In this document: positions 1 through 8,612 of the stretch, in pieces
How the letters are laid out: every line of letters begins with the position of its first letter
Position numbering within the stretch: position 1 is the first letter of the stretch
Assembly: GCA_015493505.1 (NCBI GenBank)
Contig: WGDA01000005.1
Coordinates: 8,525-72,524 of the forward strand
Direction: 5' to 3'
Source: Pseudomonadota bacterium
Lineage (GTDB): Bacteria > Desulfobacterota > S145-22
DNA length: 64,000 bases
Position numbers and translations under genes: made by a program
Notes under the pieces: generated by a model
Database searches by the model: none
What the model was told of the DNA's origin: nothing
What the model saw: the letters and a program-made list of their open reading frames with translations, nothing else

Positions 1-792
1 CATTGCCAGCGTCAGGCGGTCAATCATCTCTGCGGCGTTGTTGGTGGCCGATTCCATGGCCGTCATTCGGGCGCCATGCTCGCTGGCTATCGATTCCAGC
101 AATGCCCTGAAGATCTGCACCTCGATATATTTCGGAAGTACCTGGTTCAGAATCACCTTTTCCGACGGCTCATAAATATAATCCGTCAGCACGCCCCCTT
201 CGGGCATCTCATCGGGCTCGATCGGCAGAAGTTTCTGAACCACCACGTTTTGAGAGATGGCGGAACGAAAATGATTATAGACCATCACCAGTTCGTCAAA
301 TTCCCCCGCCTCGTAGGCGGCCACGATATCCTTGCCCACCATCGTCGCCGTCGCGTAGTCAATATCACCCAGGATATTTCTGTACTCCTTGCGGATGGGA
401 TACTCACGCCGCTTGAAAAATTCCAGGCCCTTGCGGCCGATGATATTCAACTGGACGGTTTCCACACCCTCCTCTTTGTTCTTGAGGAGGTGAACCACTT
501 CCCGGATGATATTCTGGTTGAACCCGCCACACAGCCCACGGTCCGACGTGATGACCAGGATTTCCCGGGTCTTGACCTCCCGCCGGACGAGCAGGGGATG
601 GCGATCGAGTTCCACCCGCGCGGACAGGTCATTGATGACTTCCCGCATCTTGTCCGCGTAGGGACGGGCCTGAACGATGGTCTCCTGGGCGCGCCGCAGC
701 TTTGCGGCGGCCACCATCTTCATGGCCTTGGTAATCTGCTGCGTGTTCTTAACGCTGGCTATTCTCTTTCGTATGTCTTTGAGACTGGGCAC
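1..792 (-). CDS. atpG: F0F1 ATP synthase gamma subunit. It is 3'-truncated at the window edge, so the C-terminus continues beyond position 1.
   Basis: The minus-strand translation from GTG at 792 reads VPSLKDIRKRIASVKNTQQITKAMKMVAAAKLRRAQ..., a typical gamma-subunit N-terminus. It lies downstream of atpA. The + strand ORF 76..897 is the antisense shadow. Confidence 0.85.
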   Translation of the reverse strand, partial: MPSLKDIRKRIASVKNTQQITKAMKMVAAAKLRRAQETIVQARPYADKMREVINDLSARVELDRHPLLVRREVKTREILVITSDRGLCGGFNQNIIREVVHLLKNKEEGVETVQLNIIGRKGLEFFKRREYPIRKEYRNILGDIDYATATMVGKDIVAAYEAGEFDELVMVYNHFRSAISQNVVVQKLLPIEPDEMPEGGVLTDYIYEPSEKVILNQVLPKYIEVQIFRALLESIASEHGARMTAMESATNNAAEMIDRLTLAM

Positions 793-871
793 TTTTTCCT
801 TTCTTTCCCCTTCGTCGCGCTTCTGACTACACAGATGTCCCCATCAGGCTGGCCCAACGGGGCATCCCATT

Positions 872-2383
<1,512 letters not shown>

Positions 2384-2392
2384 TTCCTCTCT

Positions 2393-2935
2393 CTAACCCA
2401 TTAACAGTTTTTCTCGATAACGATTTAGCTGTCCCTTCACGCTGCCGTCTATGACGATCTCTCCGATCCGGGCCTTCACCCCTCCGATCAGCCCGGGATC
2501 CACCTCTTTTTCCAGGATGACCTCTTTTTCCATATAATCCGCCAGGGCCTTTTTAAGGGTCTCGAACTCTTTCTCTTTCAAGGGCTCTGTCGTGTACAGG
2601 ACCCCCCTTATGCGATTCTGTTCTTTGTCGAGCAAATCCTGAAAGATTTTATAAATCGCTGGGAGCAGGGTAATCCGTTCTTTTTCCACAAGGATGTCCA
2701 GGAAACGAATCATCGATTCGCTAAACCCCACTTTTTGCGCCACCTGGCTCATCACTTTTCTCCGGCCTTCCAGCGGCCAGATGGGCAGGGAAACAGCTTT
2801 CCAGAGGTTGGGGAATTCCTTGAAGAGGGACTGTATCTTGACAAGCTCGTCATGGATTTCCCCCGCCCGATTCTCTTTGAGGCCTATCTCCATCAGTGCC
2901 TTGGCGTAGCGTCTCGCCACAACGGTTTCTTTCAA
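2393..2935 (-). CDS. atpH: F0F1 ATP synthase delta (OSCP) subunit.
   Basis: It is 180 aa, lies between atpF and atpA, and has an OSCP-like N-terminus MKETVVARRYAKAL. Confidence 0.85.
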   Translation of the reverse strand: MKETVVARRYAKALMEIGLKENRAGEIHDELVKIQSLFKEFPNLWKAVSLPIWPLEGRRKVMSQVAQKVGFSESMIRFLDILVEKERITLLPAIYKIFQDLLDKEQNRIRGVLYTTEPLKEKEFETLKKALADYMEKEVILEKEVDPGLIGGVKARIGEIVIDGSVKGQLNRYREKLLMG

Positions 2936-3522
2936 TTCAGTCTCCCAAGCTGCTGCACGTACAGATCAAGAAGCCTTTTCTGGTCTTCCGGCGTGATACT
3001 TTTTCGCACCAGTCTCTCCGCGAGTGCCAAGGCCTCAAGCGCCACTTCCTCCCGGAGCTTCTTTTTCAACTGTTCCATCTCTTCTGTCAGTTCCTGCTCG
3101 GCCTGCGCCCGCATCAAAGCTGCCTTTTTCTCCGCTTCCTCCATGAGGTGCTTTTTCTCTTCCTCGACTTCCTTCAGCATCTGTTCGCGAATGGACTGGA
3201 TTTCCTTATCCATGTTCGCCAACCGCTGCTGGGCCTCCTGGTAAGTTTTCTCAGCCGCCTCCGACAGCTCTCGGGCCTTCTGGAGTTCTTCCTTGACCTG
3301 AAGATGCCTTTTTTCAAGAAATTCGGTGAGGGGCTTCCGCAAGAGCTTGAAAAGCAGAAAAATGAGGATAGCAAAATTGATAATCCTGTAGATGTAATCC
3401 TTCCAGTTTACCCCCTGCTTTCCCGCCTCCGCGGCTATGGCCGGAAAAGCGAAGGCCAACAGCAGCGCGCCCCCTGTCATGCAGGCCAGCAAAAGCCCAA
3501 GGATTGTCCTTCTTTTCATCAC
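2932..3522 (-). CDS. atpF: F0F1 ATP synthase subunit b.
   Basis: It is 196 aa with an N-terminal TM helix and then a long charged coiled coil. Its start overlaps atpH by 4 nt. Confidence 0.8.
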   Translation of the reverse strand: MMKRRTILGLLLACMTGGALLLAFAFPAIAAEAGKQGVNWKDYIYRIINFAILIFLLFKLLRKPLTEFLEKRHLQVKEELQKARELSEAAEKTYQEAQQRLANMDKEIQSIREQMLKEVEEEKKHLMEEAEKKAALMRAQAEQELTEEMEQLKKKLREEVALEALALAERLVRKSITPEDQKRLLDLYVQQLGRLN

Positions 3523-3944
3523 GCTGCCCTTCCCAGCACCTTTTCCGCCATGCGCCTGGCAAACGGTTCCACCTCTTTTTTCAGCGCAGCCTCCACCTCT
3601 TTCATCTCACTCATCAGTTTGTCCCTTAACGCCGGGATGTCTTTATTAATCGTATCGCGCGCCCGGTCAAGGATCTCCCGCTGTTCCGCCGTGATTTTTG
3701 CCCGAATCCGCGCCTTTTCCCTGGCTGCCTCCGATCGGGCTTCAGCGAGCTTTTCCTTCAGGAGGGCCTCCTCGCTCCTGGCCTTTTCCTGCAAAGCCAA
3801 TGCCCGCTCCTGGGCGCCAACGGTCGCTTCCCGCCGTCTGTCCAGCGCCTTCAGGATAGGGCGGAAAACAAGTTGGTTGATCAAGTAAACAAACAGGATG
3901 AAAATCCCCGCCTGGACCAATAATGTATAATTTATGTTAATCAT
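3519..3944 (-). CDS. F0F1 ATP synthase subunit b' (second b-type subunit).
   Basis: It is 141 aa with one N-terminal TM helix and a charged coiled coil, directly upstream of and overlapping atpF. The b'/b pair with atpB and atpE absent is the split atp arrangement typical of many deltaproteobacteria. Confidence 0.7.
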   Translation of the reverse strand: MININYTLLVQAGIFILFVYLINQLVFRPILKALDRRREATVGAQERALALQEKARSEEALLKEKLAEARSEAAREKARIRAKITAEQREILDRARDTINKDIPALRDKLMSEMKEVEAALKKEVEPFARRMAEKVLGRAA

Positions 3945-4003
3945 ACCTTGGGCACACCCTCACGCAAAAAAATTTTCCCCTTGCTACCATAGACTTTTAC
4001 CCT

Positions 4004-4009
4004 TGTCAA
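4004..4009 (-). promoter_or_regulatory. Candidate -35 hexamer (TTGACA on the minus strand) for the atpF'-atpF-atpH-atpA-atpG operon.
   Basis: The hexamer lies in the divergent 266-bp intergenic region upstream of atpF'. The -10 element is not well defined. Confidence 0.2.
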
Positions 4010-4141
4010 GTTTTTCACAATGTCATTTTTTACCTCTTTCTGATATTGCTCGGGTATTTTTCGGTAAGAATCCTGGTTCGGCACGCGTGGTGCCTCCTTG
4101 ACCTCCCTCATGTTAATAGGGTATTGGAGAGGAAAACAGTT

Positions 4142-4170
4142 GGACTATCCCGGCAGAAACGGGATAGTCC
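4142..4170 (+). promoter_or_regulatory. Perfect inverted repeat GGACTATCCCG-N7-CGGGATAGTCC (11-bp arms) in the 5' region of the MBL/beta-CASP gene.
   Basis: It was read directly from the sequence. It lies 40 bp upstream of the ATG at 4211, after a TTGACC -35-like hexamer at 4098. Confidence 0.5.
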
Positions 4171-4210
4171 GGCATCAAGGCACTCAACCCCGAAGAAAGG
4201 AGCACCCCGA

Positions 4211-5836
4211 ATGATTAAAGTGACATGTCTCGGAGCGGCTGGAACCGTAACCGGGTCGAATTTTCTCGTTGAAACACCACGTGGCCAGAAAATTCTGGTG
4301 GACTGTGGCCTTTTCCAGGGAGGAAAACTCCTGGAAATGCGGAACTGGGCACCATGGGATTTCCATCCCGACCTGGTTGAAACCATGTTCCTGACGCATG
4401 CACACATCGATCACTCCGGGCGCATCCCCAAATTGGTCAAGGACGGGTTCACAGGTAAGATTCTGACCTCGAAACCCACGGCGGAGCTTTGCGAGATCAT
4501 GCTTCTCGACTCCGCGCACATCCAGGAGATGGACGCCGAATGGCAGACGAGGAAGAACAAACGTAAGGGACACCGGCCGGTCGAGCCCCTCTATACCATC
4601 GACGATGCGAAAAAGGCCCTCCCCCTCCTCCGGGCCGTGGAGCGGGATGAAATCCTCCCCATTGCGGAAGGGGTGCGGGCGCGGTTGCGAAATGCCGGCC
4701 ACATCCTGGGGTCTTCGATCCTGGAATTGTGGCTGGAACTGGACGGTGGGGAAATCAAAATTGTCTTTTCGGGGGACATCGGTAAGGCCAACCAGCTTAT
4801 CCTCAAGGAAGCTGCCCACATTTTCAAGGCTGACTACCTCTTCGTGGAATCAACCTATGGAAACCGGTTGCATAAGCCCCTCGAAGACAGCAAGAAAGAA
4901 CTCCTCGAGGCCATTCAATACGCGGTCTCCAATCATGAGAAGGTGATTATCCCATCGTTCGCAGTGGAGCGCACCCAGGAGGTCATTTACATCCTGGGGG
5001 AATTCTACCGAAACGGAACCCTCCCGGAAATCCCCATCTATCTCGACAGCCCCCTGGCTATTAAGGCAACGGAGATTTTCCGGAAAAACAAGGCGTTCTA
5101 CGACAAAGAGGCGCTGGCCGTGGTGGACGCCGGTTTCGATCCCTTCAGTCTCCCCAACCTCCATTACACCCCCTCCACGAAGGAGTCGATCCAGATCAAC
5201 GAACAGAAGGGGTCCGCCATCGTGATCGCGGGCAACGGCATGTGCACCGCGGGGCGCATCAAGCATCACCTGAAACACAATCTGTGGCGGAAAGGGGCGA
5301 GTATCGTCATCGTCGGGTACCAGGCACAGGGGACCACAGGACGCCAGATCGTTGAAGGACGCAAACATGTAAAAATCTTCCGGGAAGATGTGGCGGTCAA
5401 CGCACGGGTCTTCACTATCGGCGGGTTTTCATCCCACGCGGACCAGAGGGACCTCCTCAACTGGGTGGGAAATTTCAAATCTTCCCGTCCCAAGGTGTTT
5501 GTCGTCCACGGCGAACCTTCTTCCAGCGCGGCGCTCGCGGAGAAGATTCACGCCGACCTGGGGTTTGAGACACACGTACCCAAATGGAAGGAAACCCTGT
5601 ATCTCAAACAGAAGGAGGCACCCGTGGAGACCGCGGGAGCCGTGGAAGCGGAAAAACCCATCGAAGCCACTTTTGTGGAAACGCTTTCCCGCCTGGAGCA
5701 GGAAATTCAGAAGATCAAGCGCCAAATACAGCAGCAGGCCGTGCAGGGCACCCTGGGCGAGGAAGACCTCGACCGGCTGAAATATATGGAGGAGGAACTG
5801 ACGCACATCCTTTCAGGACGGTCAGTGGGGCGGTAA
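4211..5836 (+). CDS. Metallo-beta-lactamase-fold, beta-CASP family hydrolase (RNA-metabolising MBL-type ribonuclease-like) with a C-terminal coiled-coil tail.
   Basis: It has the HAHIDHSG metal-binding motif, the beta-CASP region and the C-terminal RMMBL-like region. The ATG at 4211 is preceded by the RBS GAAAGGAG. The longer track ORF (4046) is an upstream extension. Confidence 0.8.
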   Translation: MIKVTCLGAAGTVTGSNFLVETPRGQKILVDCGLFQGGKLLEMRNWAPWDFHPDLVETMFLTHAHIDHSGRIPKLVKDGFTGKILTSKPTAELCEIMLLDSAHIQEMDAEWQTRKNKRKGHRPVEPLYTIDDAKKALPLLRAVERDEILPIAEGVRARLRNAGHILGSSILELWLELDGGEIKIVFSGDIGKANQLILKEAAHIFKADYLFVESTYGNRLHKPLEDSKKELLEAIQYAVSNHEKVIIPSFAVERTQEVIYILGEFYRNGTLPEIPIYLDSPLAIKATEIFRKNKAFYDKEALAVVDAGFDPFSLPNLHYTPSTKESIQINEQKGSAIVIAGNGMCTAGRIKHHLKHNLWRKGASIVIVGYQAQGTTGRQIVEGRKHVKIFREDVAVNARVFTIGGFSSHADQRDLLNWVGNFKSSRPKVFVVHGEPSSSAALAEKIHADLGFETHVPKWKETLYLKQKEAPVETAGAVEAEKPIEATFVETLSRLEQEIQKIKRQIQQQAVQGTLGEEDLDRLKYMEEELTHILSGRSVGR

Positions 5837-5838
5837 GG

Positions 5839-6285
5839 CTACTCGCACGCCCCGATACGTTTTCCCTTCATGTGAAGGATCATCCGCATTTTCTGCTTTC
5901 CTCCGAGGGTCGACTCCATGCGGATGGTCCCTACGAAGGTATCCCCGGCATAGGTTACCTCTCCATGCCCCGACGTGTGGTTCTGGTCGGTACAGGCCAT
6001 GTCCCATGAAACCGTGTTCCCGTCTACCTTCGTGTTCTTGACCTCGCATGGCTGTTTGACGCCTGGGCGGGACGGTTGTTTCGGAACCAGATCGTCCTTC
6101 GTCAGGCACTGTTTGGTGGTAATAGAGGGCATTTTCATGGGTACGCCCACCATCTCCATGGTGGTGGTAATCTCCCACTGGCCCGGGTTCATGTCGGGGG
6201 CGGCATTGGCTGTTTCCACCATCAGGAAAAGCCCTGCAAACACGGCCAGCGCGACCGCGAGGACACCTTTGATATATTGTTTCAC
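5839..6285 (-). CDS. DUF3617-family secreted or lipoprotein-like protein.
   Basis: It has a signal peptide and the DUF3617 pattern GQWEITTTMEM...C...GNT.SW.M.C...SG.G..TY.GD. The start was moved to the GTG at 6285, preceded by the RBS AAGGAGAC. Confidence 0.6.
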   Translation of the reverse strand: MKQYIKGVLAVALAVFAGLFLMVETANAAPDMNPGQWEITTTMEMVGVPMKMPSITTKQCLTKDDLVPKQPSRPGVKQPCEVKNTKVDGNTVSWDMACTDQNHTSGHGEVTYAGDTFVGTIRMESTLGGKQKMRMILHMKGKRIGACE

Positions 6286-6391
6286 ATACGTCTCCTTGAT
6301 TTTGATTGTTGTGGTGGTGGGGCGATTGTGGCGCCCCTGCATGCCAGAAAAGAATGTTTCAGAAGGAGATGAAGTTTCACCCCCGGCAGGG

Positions 6392-6808
6392 CTATGACTC
6401 CAAAAGCTTGTCCTGGCCCTGCGTGGCGGCTTCGGGGTTCAGAACCGACACCTTCGCCTTCAGGGGGGCGTCCAGCTGCTCCATGCGACAGGTGCCGTCA
6501 AAGATGACCCCTTCCTGAATCGTCAGTTTGGGCGTCAGGATGTTTCCGTAAACCTTGCCGGGAGAAAGAATCTCGAGGTTGTCCTTCGCGTAAACATTTC
6601 CGCGGACGGTTCCGCTGATAATAATCTCGCCCGCGTTGATTTCGGCGTTTACCTCTGCCGTTTCCCCAATGATGACCACATCATCCGTGTGAATCTCTCC
6701 CTGAAATTTGCCGTCGATCCTGACGGTTCCTTCAAAAATCAGCTTTCCCTCGAAGCTTGTCTGCTCCCCCAGAAAAGCCCGGATATCTCTCGATGGTCCC
6801 TTTGCCAT
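6392..6808 (-). CDS. Bactofilin (polymer-forming cytoskeletal protein, CcmA-like).
   Basis: It has the beta-helical bactofilin repeat pattern (G.V.G.V...G.I.G). It starts at MAKGPSRD with the RBS GAGGAAAGA and lies immediately downstream of parB. Confidence 0.8.
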   Translation of the reverse strand: MAKGPSRDIRAFLGEQTSFEGKLIFEGTVRIDGKFQGEIHTDDVVIIGETAEVNAEINAGEIIISGTVRGNVYAKDNLEILSPGKVYGNILTPKLTIQEGVIFDGTCRMEQLDAPLKAKVSVLNPEAATQGQDKLLES

Positions 6809-6901
6809 AGGTCTTTCCTCGCGTCGTGGGTATATTTTCAATCATCCGCCTTTTAACACAATCACAGGGCCCTTTCAACCGGCCTCCCGTCAATTTCCCG
6901 T

Positions 6902-7744
6902 TCAGGAGCAGATTCTTCTGATCAGGCCCTCCAGTTCGTCCAGGTTGAAAAAGGATATTCGAATGGCGCCCTTTTTTCCCTGAAGTTGCACCTTGACCTT
7001 TGTTCCCAACGCCCGTTCCAGGCGGTTTTCGATATCGATGATGAAGGGATCCTCAACCCGTTTTTCCTTCCGCGCCGTCTCTTTCTCCAGAATCTTCCTG
7101 ACGCGGCGCTCCGTCTCCCGGACGGAAAGCCCTCTTTTGACAATTTCATCCGCCAGCGCTTCCTGAAGCTGAAAATCGCCGAGGGGGACAAGCGCCCGGG
7201 CGTGTCCCGCGCTGACCTCGCCCTGGCTCACCAGGCGCTGGACCTTGGGAGAGAGCTGAAGGAGCCGCACGGTATTGGCAATGGTGGAACGGTTGCGTCC
7301 CAGCCGGCTGGCCAGCGTTTCCTGCGTCAGCCCCCACTGTTTCATCAGCTCCACGTATGCCAGCGCCTCTTCAATGGGATTCAGGTCCTCCCGCTGCAGG
7401 TTTTCGATGAGGGCCGCTTCCAGGCTCTCCTGCTCTCCGAATTCCTGGATGACCACGGGCACTTCCCGCAGCCCGGCCTTCTGCGCGGCCCGCCATCGGC
7501 GCTCCCCCGCCACGATTTCGTATCCGTCGCCCAGAGGCCGGACCAGCAGGGGCTGCAAAATCCCTTTCTCCCGGATAGAAGCAGCAAGGGCGTCCAGCTT
7601 TTCCTGATTGATGGTTTTGCGGGGCTGGGATTGATTGGGGCGCAGCCTTTCAATTCCCACAAAGATGAAATTTCCTTCTTCTCCCGCCCCTTCAGGGATC
7701 AGGGCGTGAATCCCCTTACCCAACACCTTTTTCCTGGGCACCAT
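6902..7744 (-). CDS. parB: Chromosome partitioning protein ParB (Spo0J).
   Basis: It has the ParB N-terminal motif KKVLGKGIHALI, the GERRWRA motif and an HTH region. Confidence 0.9.
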   Translation of the reverse strand: MVPRKKVLGKGIHALIPEGAGEEGNFIFVGIERLRPNQSQPRKTINQEKLDALAASIREKGILQPLLVRPLGDGYEIVAGERRWRAAQKAGLREVPVVIQEFGEQESLEAALIENLQREDLNPIEEALAYVELMKQWGLTQETLASRLGRNRSTIANTVRLLQLSPKVQRLVSQGEVSAGHARALVPLGDFQLQEALADEIVKRGLSVRETERRVRKILEKETARKEKRVEDPFIIDIENRLERALGTKVKVQLQGKKGAIRISFFNLDELEGLIRRICS

Positions 7745-8507
7745 TTCCTCCTTTTCCCATCAATTCCTTCGCCAGCGTCTGATACGCCAAGGCTCCCACG
7801 CAGCGTTCATCGTATTCGAAGATGTTTTTTCCAAAGCTGGGGGCCTCGCTCAACCGAACATTTCGATTTATGACCGTCCTGAAGACCCGATCCCGGAAAT
7901 GCCGGCAGACCTCTTCCCGAACCTGGTGGGAAATGTTGTTTCTTACATCGAACATGGTGAGGAGTATCCCGAGCATGTGGAGCCGCGGGTTGACCGAGTT
8001 CTTGATCAGGCGGAGGGTCCGCAACAGTTGCGAAAGCCCCTCCATGGCATAAAACTCACACTGAAGGGGAACGATCACCTCATTCGCGGCCGTAAGCGCG
8101 TTCACCGTAAGCAGGCCGAGAGACGGGGGGCAATCGATCAACACATACCGATACTCCCCTGAGATACGTTCGAGGCAGCGCTTCAGGAAATATTCCCGCC
8201 CGATCTCGTGAACCAGCTCCACCTCGGCGCCGATGAGGTTTCCATTCGCGGGCAAGAGGTCCATCCCCTTCATCGATGTAGCGATAATGGCCTGTCGGAC
8301 GGGTATATTTTCCAGCAGTGCGTCATAAACCGAGGTGGTCAGGTCTTCCTTCTCCAGGCCGCATCCGCTCGTGGCGTTCCCCTGCGGATCCATGTCTACC
8401 AGCAGGACCCGCTGACCCTCGAGGGCCAGCGCCGCCGAAAGGTTGACGGCGGTTGTCGTCTTGCCTACCCCCCCCTTCTGGTTCGCCACGGCGATAATTT
8501 CTGTCAT
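7716..8507 (-). CDS. parA: Chromosome partitioning ATPase ParA (Soj).
   Basis: It has the deviant Walker A motif KGGVGKTT and is 263 aa. It lies upstream of and overlapping parB. Confidence 0.9.
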   Translation of the reverse strand: MTEIIAVANQKGGVGKTTTAVNLSAALALEGQRVLLVDMDPQGNATSGCGLEKEDLTTSVYDALLENIPVRQAIIATSMKGMDLLPANGNLIGAEVELVHEIGREYFLKRCLERISGEYRYVLIDCPPSLGLLTVNALTAANEVIVPLQCEFYAMEGLSQLLRTLRLIKNSVNPRLHMLGILLTMFDVRNNISHQVREEVCRHFRDRVFRTVINRNVRLSEAPSFGKNIFEYDERCVGALAYQTLAKELMGKGGNGAQEKGVG

Positions 8508-8612
8508 TCCCGTCCTCTCTTTTTGGCAAATTCCGTTCGCGCGCGATTGCCTTCTTATATCACCGTCCCGCGCGAAGAGAAAGCATTTCAGCCGGTCTCT
8601 CCCATGAGAGGC

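Noticed and set aside
6902-8612. Search for a canonical parS (TGTTTCACGTGAAACA) in or near parAB.
   Set aside because: No match or near-match was found by eye anywhere in the window. The closest TTTCAC...GTGAAA element (16887..16904) has a 3-nt spacer and sits in the aap operon, so no parS feature is reported.
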